This document shows, one piece after another, positions 1 through 8,908 of a DNA stretch of 64,000 bases. Source of the DNA: Myxococcota bacterium (GTDB taxonomy: Bacteria; Myxococcota_A; Polyangia; Polyangiales; Sandaracinaceae); the NCBI GenBank assembly GCA_036149055.1, contig JAYZQJ010000017.1:1-64000 (forward strand). Reading direction: 5' to 3'. Within the stretch, counting starts at the first letter, position 1; each line of letters starts with the position of its first letter. The notes under the pieces are model-generated. The model saw only the letters and a program-made list of their open reading frames with translations. It searched no databases and was not told the origin of the DNA. A program made the translations under genes and the position numbers.

Positions 1-106
1 GCCCGTCTTCTGTATGCCGCCGGCCGCGCCCGCCCGCGCGCAGTTCGTCTCGAGCGCGCCCCGATCGCGCGCCGACCAGAACCCCACGGGGGTGGCGATA
101 AGTTTC

Positions 107-216
107 GGGTGGGGGCTTGCGCCCCCGCCCGCCCGACCGGCAAAGCCGGCTCGGGCTCCCACCCCCTCTCCCGCGCTCACGCGCGTGGAAGCTGCGGCAA
201 TATTTGCCGCATCTTC
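107..216. repeat. Cluster of GC-rich palindromes (REP-like)
   Basis: GGGTGGGGGC-TTGC-GCCCCCGCCC, CCCGACCGGC-AAA-GCCGGCTCGGG and TGCGGCAA-TAT-TTGCCGCA (193-211) inverted repeats in non-coding DNA. Confidence 0.6.
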
Positions 217-240
217 AGGTGATTGCCGTTCGCAACTGGA

Positions 241-340
241 CTGTGCGCGGCACAGCTCGAACGTCGCGAATGGTGTTTCCAACTGCGCCCGCACAGCTCG
301 AACGCCGCGGCCAGCGTTCCCAACTGCGCCCGCACAGTTT
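241..340. repeat. 41-bp period degenerate tandem repeat, ~2.5 copies
   Basis: GCACAGCTCGAACG at 250 and 291; AACTGCGCCCGCACAG at 281 and 322; first unit contains palindrome CTGTGC-GCG-GCACAG. Confidence 0.7.
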
Positions 341-540
341 CGCGGGCGGCCGCGCTCGAGCACGAGGTGGGCTCCGGGCTCGCGACCGGCCGCGCGGAGC
401 TCCGACGCAGCGCGCACCACGGGGATGCCCGCCGCGGGAGACGACGGCCGGCCGGTCGGGGACCGCGACGACGAGGCGCGGCGCGGTCGCCTCGGCTCGA
501 TTCGGGATGGGGAAGATCGTCGAAGAGCTCGTTCCGCCAG

Positions 541-898
541 CCGCCGCACGAGCCCGGGGCGGCCGACGAGCGAAGCGAAGTCGCCGCACGCCGCCGCACG
601 AGCCCGGGGGCGGCCGACGAGCGAAGCGAGGTCGCCGCACGCCGCATGAGCCCGGGGGCGGCCGACGAGCGCAGCGAAGTCGCCGCACGCCGCACGAACA
701 CGGACGGCGCCGAGCGAAGCGAGGTCGCCGCACGCACGAACACGGAAGGCGACGAGCGCAGCGACGTCGCCGCACGCACCACCGCGCCGGTTCGATCCCG
801 CGGCAGCGGGCGGCCAGCTCGCGCGCAGCGCGAGCGCGAGCCGCGTGGCTCACGCGCGGAGCGCGGGACACCGGCGACGAGCGAAGCGAGGTCGCCGG
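541..898. repeat. Tandem REP-like repeat array, ~40-50 bp unit, core GACGAGCG(A/C)AGCGA(A/G/C)GTCGCC
   Basis: Five near-tandem copies in 541-780 plus a sixth at 871-898 forming hairpin CCGGCGAC...GTCGCCGG. Confidence 0.8.
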
Positions 899-914
899 CA
901 ATTGGGTGGGGGGG

Positions 915-1017
915 CCCCACGGAGCCGGCTGACCTGTGTCTGCGGAGGGTGCGGATGCACCCGGAGCGGACACAGGTCTGACGGCGCAGTGGGGGGGAGG
1001 GGCTGAAAGCCCCTCCC
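915..1017. repeat. Nested stem-loop element plus terminal hairpin downstream of envC
   Basis: CCCCAC/GTGGGG, GACCTGTGTC(931-940)/GACACAGGTC(969-978), GGGTGC/GCACCC; hairpin GGGAGGGGCT-GAA-AGCCCCTCCC (995-1017), no U-tract. Confidence 0.7.
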
Positions 1018-1023
1018 AGCCAA

Positions 1024-1917
1024 CTAGAGCCCGAGCCAGCGACGAGCGTCGAGCGCCCGGGTACCCCGACGGACCTGGAAGAAGAGAGGCTGCGCCCCCA
1101 CCGCCCCGATCGCCGCGTCCGCCGGCACCGACTGCCCGACCCGCGCCGCCACGACCCCGAGCCCGCCGTACACGGTGTAGTGCCCGTCGCCGTGATCGAG
1201 GATCACGAGGTTGCCGTACGCCGGGTGCGCCGCCGCGTAGGCCACGCGCCCCGGGTGCACCGCTCGCACGGAGACGCCAGGCGTGGCCGCGAGCTCGAGC
1301 CCGGCGCCGCCCTCGCGCTCGGCGTCGGCGAGGCGCGCCGAGCCGCCGACCGGGAGCGGGAGGTTGCCGTGCTGGCTCGACAGCCCGGCCGGCCCCGCGC
1401 CGTCGCTCGGCCGGAGGCCGAAGGCGTCGGGGTGCGCGACGGGATCCTCGACCAGCTGCGAGAGCAGCGCGAGCTGCGACTCCTCGGCCTGCCGGAGCTC
1501 GGCCGCGCGCTGCTCGCTCTCCTCCACCTGCGCGGCGAGGCGCACGCTCTCCTCGCGCAGACCGGCCACGCGGCGCTCGAGCGTGCGCAGGCCCTCGACG
1601 TCACGCCGGAGGAGCTGCTCGAGCCGGTTGAGCCGGGACTGGTGGCGCAGCAGGGCGTCGAAGCCCTCGGAGAGGGGGAGCGCCCCGGCGCGGCGCATGC
1701 GGTGCAGCGCCCGGACCCGCTCGCGGAGCCGACGCCGGACGGCGCCGCGCTGCTCGACGAGCGTCTCGAGCTCGGCCTGCGCGCGCGCCCGCTCGGCGCT
1801 GGCGCGCTCGACCTCGCCGATGGCGTCCGACAACGAATCGTGCGAGAGGACGTCCTGCGCCAGGGCGGCGCCGGGCAGACAGAGCAGCGCGCTCAGCGCG
1901 ATGGGCAGCGTCCGCAT
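1024..1917 (-). CDS. envC: Murein hydrolase activator EnvC-like (coiled coil + degenerate M23/LytM)
   Basis: Signal peptide, long coiled coil, LytM-like C-terminus (YGNLVILDHGDGHYTVYGGL, LFFQVRRG) lacking Zn ligands; directly downstream of ftsEX. Confidence 0.85.
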   Translation of the reverse strand: MRTLPIALSALLCLPGAALAQDVLSHDSLSDAIGEVERASAERARAQAELETLVEQRGAVRRRLRERVRALHRMRRAGALPLSEGFDALLRHQSRLNRLEQLLRRDVEGLRTLERRVAGLREESVRLAAQVEESEQRAAELRQAEESQLALLSQLVEDPVAHPDAFGLRPSDGAGPAGLSSQHGNLPLPVGGSARLADAEREGGAGLELAATPGVSVRAVHPGRVAYAAAHPAYGNLVILDHGDGHYTVYGGLGVVAARVGQSVPADAAIGAVGAQPLFFQVRRGTRALDARRWLGL

Positions 1918-1918
1918 C

Positions 1919-2794
1919 TCAGACCGCCAGGTACCGGCGCAGGGAGATCGCGCTCCCCGCCGCCCCGATCAGGGTGCCGCCCAGGATCAGGCTCAGGGAC
2001 ACCGCCGGCTGGAGGAACACGGTCCGCACCCCGGCGAGGCCGGCGATGGTCGCGTCCACGTGCGTGCGCAGCGCCAGGAAGGCGATGAAGAGGAGCAGCA
2101 CCGCCATCAACGCGCCGACGAAGCCTTGCACCGCCCCCTCCACGAGGAAGGGCCCGCGCACGAATCCGTCGCTGGCGCCGCAGAGCTTGAGCACCTCGAT
2201 CTCCCCCTGGCGACCCGCGATGGCGAGCCGGATGGTGTTGCCCACCACGAAGAGCACGCAGAGGAGCACGAGCCCCGCCAGCGCGAGGGCCGTGATCTCG
2301 CCCGCGGAGACCAGCGTCGCGAGCTGCTCGAACCAGCCCTGGTAGGTCTCGACGTCCTCGACCACCTCGAAGCGGGCGATGCGCTCCGCGATCGCCGCGG
2401 TGCGCGCCGCCGCCGTGCCGCCGCCGAGCTCGACCTCGAGCGACGCGGGGAAGACCTCCGCCGGCAGCGACGAGAGCTCCGCCATGTCCTCGCGGGCCAG
2501 CTCGTCCCGGGCGTCCGCGCCGGTCCGGTGCTCGACCCGGGTGACCTCGGGGAGCCCCTCGAGCAGCAGCCGGAGCTGCGCCACGTCGTCGGCGCTGGCG
2601 CCGTCCTCGAGGTAGATGCTCATGCGCGCGGTGCGCCCCCAGGCCTCGGCCACCTCACCGAGGTTGGCCATGCCGAGGAGCGCGGTCGCCAGGCAGAGGA
2701 AGGCGACGGTGAGGCTCGAGACCGCGACGAGGTGCAGCTTCGCGTCCTCGCGCATCGCCCGCGCCGCCCGGGTGAAGGCCGTCTTCAGATGCAT
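1919..2794 (-). CDS. ftsX: Cell division permease FtsX
   Basis: 4 TM, FPASLEV, VVGNTIRLAIAGRQGEIEVLKLCGASDGFVRGPFLVEG, ends LRRYL. Confidence 0.95.
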   Translation of the reverse strand: MHLKTAFTRAARAMREDAKLHLVAVSSLTVAFLCLATALLGMANLGEVAEAWGRTARMSIYLEDGASADDVAQLRLLLEGLPEVTRVEHRTGADARDELAREDMAELSSLPAEVFPASLEVELGGGTAAARTAAIAERIARFEVVEDVETYQGWFEQLATLVSAGEITALALAGLVLLCVLFVVGNTIRLAIAGRQGEIEVLKLCGASDGFVRGPFLVEGAVQGFVGALMAVLLLFIAFLALRTHVDATIAGLAGVRTVFLQPAVSLSLILGGTLIGAAGSAISLRRYLAV

Positions 2795-2806
2795 GCGTCT
2801 CTCCCG

Positions 2807-3595
2807 TCAAGCCGTCTGTCGCTCGGCCCAGGCGCCGAGGCCCTTGCGGGCCTCCACCACGCGGCCCTCGTCGATGTAGACGATGCGGTGGCTGCGCGCC
2901 TCGAGGAGCGAGTGGTCGTGGGTCGCGAAGAGCACCGTGGTGCCCGTCTCGTGGATCTCTTCGAAGAGGGTCAGGATGTCGAGCGCGAGGGTCGGGTCGA
3001 GGTTCCCGGTCGGCTCGTCGGCGAGGATGAGCGCCGGCTCGGGCACGATCGCGCGCGCCACCGCGACCCGCTGCTGCTCGCCGCCGGAGAGGTTCCCGGT
3101 CAGCTCCCCGCCGCGACCGGCGAGCCCCACCCGCTCGAGCGCCTCGCTCACCCGGGAGCGCACCAGGCGCTTGGGCATCGAGAGGATCTCGAGCGCGACG
3201 GCGACGTTCTCGTAGACCGTCCAGTGGGGGATGATCTTGAAGTCCTGGAAGACGATCCCGAGGTTCCGACGCAGGAACGGGACCGACCGCGAGGTCAGCC
3301 GCGCGATGTCCCGCCCGCAGAAGAGCAGCCGCCCCTCGTCGACCGTCTGGGCCCGGTAGATCAGCTGGAGCAGGGTGCTCTTGCCGGCGCCGCTCGGCCC
3401 CGTGACGAACAGGAACTCGCCCCGCTCGACGGTCAGGTTCACGCCGCGGAGGGTCGGTACGTCCGGACGGAAGTACTTGTAGACGTCCTCCAGGACGAGG
3501 ATCGGCCGATGGTTCGGGTTCGCGTGGGCCTGGTTGCCCGCTCGAAAGAACGCGAACGGCCGAACGATCTTTCCACCAGGATCGCGCTTCGCCAT
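2807..3595 (-). CDS. ftsE: Cell division ATP-binding protein FtsE
   Basis: Walker A GPSGAGKST, LRRNLGIVFQDFK, LSGGEQQRVAVARA, LADEPTGNLD; upstream of ftsX. Confidence 0.95.
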   Translation of the reverse strand: MAKRDPGGKIVRPFAFFRAGNQAHANPNHRPILVLEDVYKYFRPDVPTLRGVNLTVERGEFLFVTGPSGAGKSTLLQLIYRAQTVDEGRLLFCGRDIARLTSRSVPFLRRNLGIVFQDFKIIPHWTVYENVAVALEILSMPKRLVRSRVSEALERVGLAGRGGELTGNLSGGEQQRVAVARAIVPEPALILADEPTGNLDPTLALDILTLFEEIHETGTTVLFATHDHSLLEARSHRIVYIDEGRVVEARKGLGAWAERQTA

Positions 3596-3645
3596 ATCAC
3601 CCCGCTAACCCGCCCGGCGCGGAGGGGGCAACTTTTCGGCGCGCG

Positions 3646-4818
3646 CTAGCGGGGGACGACGGTGGAGCGGATCAGCAGCTCGGTCTCCGCCAGCACGCTG
3701 GCCCAGCTGCCGTCCCGGGGCGCGGGCCGGTCGGGGTCGACGCCCCAGGGCTGGGCGAAGACGCGCTCGAGGAGCGCCTCGGCGCGCTTGCCGTGCGGGC
3801 TGAAGCCCCAGATGGCCTCCTGGCTGACGTCGTCGAGATCGGCGTAGTAGCGCCACACGAAGAAGCCGACGAACCAGGGCTCGGGGAGGAACGCGCGGAA
3901 CGACGCGAGGAGCGCCCTCGCCTGCTCCCGCTCGTCGATGACGACCTCCTCCATGTCGTCCGGCCAGAGCCAGGGCTGCACCGCCGCGTTGGCCCGGGTC
4001 GTGTAGCCCACCTCGACGAAGAGCACCGGCATGTCGAGCACGCCGGCCAGGTCCGCCACCGCGTCCCGCGCCCGCATCGCGCCCTCGACGTACGCCTCGA
4101 AGCTCGCGCCGTCGTGGTCGGCGAGCGGGTAGAAGGCGTTGATGCCGATGAGGTCGAGCTGATCCCAGAACAGCACGTCCTCGGCCTCGTCCCAGTTGGC
4201 GCTGTAGGTGAGGATGCCGTCGAAGCGCGCCCGGACGTCGGCGATGAGCGAGGTCCAGAAGCCGCCGAAGCGCCCCGACCAGCTCTTGCACTCCACGCCG
4301 ATGCTGAACGCGTCCGCGCCGGCCGCCGCCGCGTCCTCGGCCCAGGCGGTGACGAAGCGCCGGTAGCTCTCCTGGTAGTCGGCCCAGCCCTCGGGGCTGC
4401 CCGGGTCGATCTCGCCGCGCCACCCCGTCGTCTCGACCCAGAGGTGAGGGATGATGAGGACCCGGATCCCGCGGGCGTGAGCCTGGCGGACCACCTCCCG
4501 CACCGCCGCCCGGTTGTCCTCGTAGGGCGCCTCGAAGTCCATCGCGATGTCGGTGCTCTGCAGGCTCCAGATCCGACCGAAGGGCGTGATCGAGACCCAG
4601 TTCGTGCCCCGGCGCGCGAGGAAGTCGAGGAGCGCCGCCGTGTGCTCGGTGCCGTAGCCGCGGCCCGGGAAGAGCGAGCTCTCGATGGGACCGATCGTGA
4701 TCCCCCGGACCCCCTCGTAGCCCGCGTCGCGCCAGCCGTCGGTCCCCGGGGGGAGCCGATGCTGCGCGGACGCCGAAGAGGCCACCGCCAGGAGGAGCAC
4801 GCACCACAGCCAACGCAT
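3646..4818 (-). CDS. Secreted glycoside hydrolase family 113-like (TIM barrel)
   Basis: Signal peptide; motifs IIPHLW, FSIGVE, LTYSANWD, DLIGINAFYPL, PVLFVEVGY. Confidence 0.8.
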   Translation of the reverse strand: MRWLWCVLLLAVASSASAQHRLPPGTDGWRDAGYEGVRGITIGPIESSLFPGRGYGTEHTAALLDFLARRGTNWVSITPFGRIWSLQSTDIAMDFEAPYEDNRAAVREVVRQAHARGIRVLIIPHLWVETTGWRGEIDPGSPEGWADYQESYRRFVTAWAEDAAAAGADAFSIGVECKSWSGRFGGFWTSLIADVRARFDGILTYSANWDEAEDVLFWDQLDLIGINAFYPLADHDGASFEAYVEGAMRARDAVADLAGVLDMPVLFVEVGYTTRANAAVQPWLWPDDMEEVVIDEREQARALLASFRAFLPEPWFVGFFVWRYYADLDDVSQEAIWGFSPHGKRAEALLERVFAQPWGVDPDRPAPRDGSWASVLAETELLIRSTVVPR

Positions 4819-4871
4819 CGCGAGGGCGGAGGCTGCGTCGTCGGCCGACCCTTTTCAAGCCGCCGACGCGG

Positions 4872-6689
4872 TCAGATCGCGGGGCGGACCGAGAAGTCGA
4901 TGAAGAAGTCGCTGGTGTCGCTGGTGTCGGTCTCGACCATGAGGACGTAGGTGCCGGGGTCGAGGTTGCGGGCGATGGTCGCGCTCGACGGGGCCGGGAA
5001 GCCGCTCGCGGTCGTGCACTGGACCTCGGGGCCGCCGCAGCCCTCGCGCAGGGTGAGCGAGAAGCGCGTGGTGCCGCCGTCGCCGTCGGTGACGCTGGCG
5101 ATGATGCGCTGCCGGCTCGCGAGGGTGAACGTGTAGAAGGCGTCCGGCTGGGAGAAGCCCGCGCAGCTGCCGCCGCGCTCGTCGTCCGCGAACCCGACCG
5201 TGGTGTCGCGCCGGCTCGTCCCGTCGGTCAGCACGATCGCGCCCGAGCAGCGGTCGTTCGGCGGGATGGGCGTCGGCGGGCGGATCTCCACGCTCGCGTC
5301 GATCGTCGCGCTGCGCGTCTGGGACCCGATCGCGACGTAGTAGCGACCGGGCGGCAGGCTCCGCCAGGTCTCCATGTGCATGCCGCTGCCGCTCCAGCAG
5401 CGGAGCTCGGTCGCCAGGTCGCCGCAGGTCGTCGAGAGCGACGCGTGGTGGAAGGCGCCGTCGCTGGTGGTCACGGTGACGTCCTGGGTCGCCGCGAGGT
5501 CGAAGTAGTAGAAGGCGTCGACGAAGCTGCCGAAGGTGCTCGTGCAGCTCGGCAGGGTGTCCTGGAGCATGTCCGCGGTCACCGCCGCGCCGGGCATCGT
5601 GGTGACGTCGATGGCGCTCGTGCAGGTGTCGCCCGGAGGATCCGGCGTGGGCGGATCGAGCCGCACCGTCAGGTCGAACGCGCCCGGCGTGGTGGACTGC
5701 ACGATGATCGCGTAGTCGCCGGCGGGCAGCTCGCGCGCGATGATCATCGGGGGCGAGCCCGCGTTGCAGCGGAGCTCGGGGCCGGTCGCGCACTCGGCCC
5801 AGCGCCGCAGGGTCACGCCCGCGCCGCTGCCCCCGCCGGCGACGGTGAGGGTGGCGTTCGCGGCCTCGGTGAGGGTCAGCCGGAAGACCGCGTCGGCGCC
5901 GGTGCTCGTCCGGCAGCCGAGCGTGTAGTCGGCGGCGAGGCCGCGGGTCGCCCCGCTGTAGGTCCCCGGGCCGGCGATCGGCGTGGGCGCGTCGCAGGTG
6001 TCGTTGGTGGGGACGCAGTCTTCGTCGTTGTAGTCGCGCGAGCCGTCGCAGTCGTCGTCGCGGCGGTTCTCGCAGTCCTCGGGCGCGCCCGGGTAGATGG
6101 CGCTCCCGAAGCGCGGGTCGTCGTCGCAGTCCAGCCCGCCGCAGCGGCCGTCGGTGAAGCCGTCGCCGTCGAGGTCGCGCGGGCTGAAGACGCAGCCGAT
6201 CGCGGGGTCACAGGAGTCGACCGTGCAGCTGCTCTCGTCGTTGCAGTAGAGCGGCGCGGCGGCGGTGCAGCCGAGCACCAGATCGCAGATCTCGGCCCCG
6301 TTGCAGGCGTCGCCGTCGCTGCACAGCTCGGGCTGCGGGTCGTGGAAGCAGCGGTTCGTCTCCTCGAGGCAGACGTCGGCCGTGCAGTCGATCTCGTCCG
6401 GGCAGGGATCGTCGCCCGCGACGCAGACGCCCTCCTCGCAGCGCTCGACGCCGTTGCAGAAGCAGCCGTCGTCGCAGGCCGCGTCCCCGCCGCACGCCTC
6501 ACCGAGGGTGGAGTCCCGCGACGCCTCGGTGCAGGTGTCCTCGGTCGGGCGCGGGAACATGAACGCGTCGACCGCGGCCGCGTCCGGGGCGCCGGCGTCG
6601 GGCGACCCCGCGTCCGGCGTCATCGGGATCGTCTCGATGGTGCAGCCGCCGGCGAGCACCACCAGCGCGAGCGCGGCGAAGCGACGCAT
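4872..6689 (-). CDS. Cys-rich lipoprotein with putative metal-binding (DxDGDG..DCDD..PGAPEDC) and PPC-like beta repeats
   Basis: Lipobox LAGGC; CDDGCFCNGVERC repeats; repeated NDTC...GxY-I/V-V modules. Confidence 0.8.
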   Translation of the reverse strand: MRRFAALALVVLAGGCTIETIPMTPDAGSPDAGAPDAAAVDAFMFPRPTEDTCTEASRDSTLGEACGGDAACDDGCFCNGVERCEEGVCVAGDDPCPDEIDCTADVCLEETNRCFHDPQPELCSDGDACNGAEICDLVLGCTAAAPLYCNDESSCTVDSCDPAIGCVFSPRDLDGDGFTDGRCGGLDCDDDPRFGSAIYPGAPEDCENRRDDDCDGSRDYNDEDCVPTNDTCDAPTPIAGPGTYSGATRGLAADYTLGCRTSTGADAVFRLTLTEAANATLTVAGGGSGAGVTLRRWAECATGPELRCNAGSPPMIIARELPAGDYAIIVQSTTPGAFDLTVRLDPPTPDPPGDTCTSAIDVTTMPGAAVTADMLQDTLPSCTSTFGSFVDAFYYFDLAATQDVTVTTSDGAFHHASLSTTCGDLATELRCWSGSGMHMETWRSLPPGRYYVAIGSQTRSATIDASVEIRPPTPIPPNDRCSGAIVLTDGTSRRDTTVGFADDERGGSCAGFSQPDAFYTFTLASRQRIIASVTDGDGGTTRFSLTLREGCGGPEVQCTTASGFPAPSSATIARNLDPGTYVLMVETDTSDTSDFFIDFSVRPAI

Positions 6690-6698
6690 CGGACCTCC

Positions 6699-8762
6699 TC
6701 AGGGCGTGACCGTGACCTCGAGCGTGTAGCTGCCCGACGACGACGCGCCGAAGCCGTCGACGACGATGTAGTAGGTGCCCGGGTCGAGCATCTGGTCGAT
6801 CAAGCTCGCCGAGCCCTCGCCGCCGTCGTCGTCGCAGAAGGACTCGCCGCGGTCGGTGCAGGTCGCCGTGTGCAGGTGGAGCACGGTGTCGAAGCTCGAT
6901 CCGTCGGTCGAGGCGATGACCCGGCTCCGGCTCGTGAGGGTGAGCTGGTAGACCGCGTCGTTCGACGTGGCGCCGCTGCCGCAGCGCGCGCCGAGATCCG
7001 GCAAGAGCGTGCTCGTGTCGCCGGTGAAGAGGCCGCCGGTCGCCGGCACGACGTGCGCCGACGAGCAGTTGTCGTTCCCGGTCACCGCCATCGCCACCGT
7101 CGGGGCGGTGGTCGTCAGGCTCAGGTCGAAGCCCCCGCCGCGCGAGGACTCGGCGATGACGTAGTAGGTGCCGGCGGCGAGGTTGCGGATGCGCTGGCGC
7201 ACCGGGTTGCCGCTCGTGCAGCGGATCTGGGTCGCGCCGTCGTCACAGGTCGGCCGGATCGAGGCGTTCGCGAAGGAGCCCGCGTCGAGCTCGAGCAGGA
7301 CGTCGCGCGCCTCGGTCAGGGTGAACTCGTAGACCGCGTCCCGGTAGCGGAAGCCGCAGGAGACGTCGATGTCGTTCTGCTTGTCGAGGAAGGTGCCCAT
7401 CGCGGGCGTGCCGTCGACCAGGACGATCGGGTTGCCGCAGGTGTCGCCGGCCGCGGGCGGCGTCGGCGGACCGAAGGCCACGTCGAGCGTGAAGTCCACG
7501 TCGCGGAAGGTCGGCCCCTCGACGATCACGAAGTAGGTGCCGGCCGGGAGCTGATGGAGCACGCCGGCCGCCGGGTTGCCGTAGTCGCAGCGGACCTGGG
7601 TGTCGGCCATCTCGCAGGCGCTGCGCACCGCGTAGGAGAGGCTCTCGCCGGTCACCGCCTGCGCGCTGATCGTGACGTCCTGCTCCATCGTGGTGGTGAA
7701 CGTGTAGACGAGGTCGGGCGAGCCGGTGAAGCCGCAGCCGGTCATCATCACGTCGTCGGTCACCTCGACGAAGCTGCCCATGAAGCGCCCGCCCGCGCTG
7801 ACGTCGGTCGCCGTGGCGCAGGTGGGGTTGGGCGCGGCCGCGATCGGCGGGCCGAACTCGACGTCGAGCCCGATGGCGCCGGTGGAGCTCGCCGCGACGA
7901 TGACGAAGTAGGTGCCCGGCTCGAGGGAGCGGCGACGGATCAGGCCCGGGAAGCCGCTCTCGCACGCGATCTCGCTCGTCCGGTCGGTGCAGTCGGTCCG
8001 GAGCGAGGCGGCGACGGTGAAGAAGTCTCCCTCGGCCTGGATGGTCACCGAGCGCGCCTCGGTGAGCGTGAAGGTGGCCACCAGGTCGCGGGTCGTGCTG
8101 CGGCAGCCGAGCGAGTAGTCCGGCGAGGCGCCGTCGGTGTTCAGCTCGAAGAAGCCGCCGGCCGAGACGTCGAGGGGATCGGTGCACTCGTCGTAGCGGG
8201 GCCGGCCGCACTCGGACTCGTCGACGACCGAGTCGCAGTCGTTGTCGATGCCGTCCTCGCAGACCTCGTTGATCATCGAGCTGACGAGCGGGTTGCGATC
8301 GTCGCAGTCGCCGCCGCCGGAGCAGAACCAGTCCGCGTCGCCGTCCTCGTCGAGGTCGCGCTCGAAGTACTCGCAGAGCTTCTCCTCTTCGTTGCAGCGG
8401 TCGACGGTGCAGACGTCCTCGTCGTTGCAGGTCTGGCGCGTCCCGGGCACGCAGCCGAGCTCGGGGTCGCACTGCTCGACGCCGTTGCAGAAGATGCCGT
8501 CGTCGCAGCTCGCGATGTCGACCTGGTTGCGGCAGCGGCCGTTGGCGCCGCAGGAGTCACGGGTGCAGGGGACGCCGTCGTCGCACTGCTCGTCGGTCTC
8601 GCACTCGGCCATCGCGTCGGTCGGCGGGACCCGGGCGTCGCGGCCCGCGTCCATCACCGCGCCGTCGAGGCCGGCGTCGTCCCCGCCTCCGCCGTCACAT
8701 CCGGCGAAGCACAGGCACGCGAGCACGAAGAGGCTCACCGTGAGCGAACGAAGCGAAGTCAT
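6699..8762 (-). CDS. Cys-rich lipoprotein, paralog of the downstream gene (metal-binding motif + 4 PPC-like modules)
   Basis: Start moved to MTSLRSL (ATG 8762, GAGAGG upstream); lipobox FAGC; DLDEDGD..DCDD..EVCEDGIDNDCD; C-terminal FDTVLHL..CDDDGG..PGTYYIVVDG. Confidence 0.8.
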   Translation of the reverse strand: MTSLRSLTVSLFVLACLCFAGCDGGGGDDAGLDGAVMDAGRDARVPPTDAMAECETDEQCDDGVPCTRDSCGANGRCRNQVDIASCDDGIFCNGVEQCDPELGCVPGTRQTCNDEDVCTVDRCNEEEKLCEYFERDLDEDGDADWFCSGGGDCDDRNPLVSSMINEVCEDGIDNDCDSVVDESECGRPRYDECTDPLDVSAGGFFELNTDGASPDYSLGCRSTTRDLVATFTLTEARSVTIQAEGDFFTVAASLRTDCTDRTSEIACESGFPGLIRRRSLEPGTYFVIVAASSTGAIGLDVEFGPPIAAAPNPTCATATDVSAGGRFMGSFVEVTDDVMMTGCGFTGSPDLVYTFTTTMEQDVTISAQAVTGESLSYAVRSACEMADTQVRCDYGNPAAGVLHQLPAGTYFVIVEGPTFRDVDFTLDVAFGPPTPPAAGDTCGNPIVLVDGTPAMGTFLDKQNDIDVSCGFRYRDAVYEFTLTEARDVLLELDAGSFANASIRPTCDDGATQIRCTSGNPVRQRIRNLAAGTYYVIAESSRGGGFDLSLTTTAPTVAMAVTGNDNCSSAHVVPATGGLFTGDTSTLLPDLGARCGSGATSNDAVYQLTLTSRSRVIASTDGSSFDTVLHLHTATCTDRGESFCDDDGGEGSASLIDQMLDPGTYYIVVDGFGASSSGSYTLEVTVTP

Positions 8763-8908
8763 CGAAGCGGACCATCCTCTCGGGCCGGCGACGCCCCCCG
8801 GCCTCTCATGACATTGTGCCCTACCCCTTCCCACACGCCATGTCCAGGTGGCCGCCGGCCGCCTGACGCCATTGACGGCGGCGCGCCGAATCGATAGCCA
8901 GGGACCGC

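Noticed and set aside
1..19. CCGTCTTCTG and TATGCCG resemble pieces of an Illumina P7 adapter
   Set aside because: Matches are short and in the wrong order; cannot be distinguished from chance without reads
786..804. GGTTCGATCCC tRNA T-loop-like motif
   Set aside because: T-stem pairs only 3 bp; no acceptor, D or anticodon arms
541..898. Possible CRISPR array
   Set aside because: Intervening sequences are short and related to one another rather than unique spacers, repeats are degenerate, and no cas genes are present
14..981. Overlapping 200-270 aa ORFs in the first kilobase
   Set aside because: Arg/Ala/Pro-rich translations of repeat DNA, open in many frames because of high GC
995..1017. 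Intrinsic terminator for envC
   Set aside because: Strong hairpin but no U-tract on either strand; kept as part of the repeat element
3646..4818. Gene transfer agent or prophage gene (GTA TIM-barrel-like similarity)
   Set aside because: Has a signal peptide and GH113 motifs, and no phage structural genes are nearby
5376..8897. 1173-aa plus-strand ORF, and similar long ORFs such as 24683..27577 -, 8759..11158 - and the 5' half of 36690..39773 -
   Set aside because: Antisense shadows of real genes caused by GC3 bias
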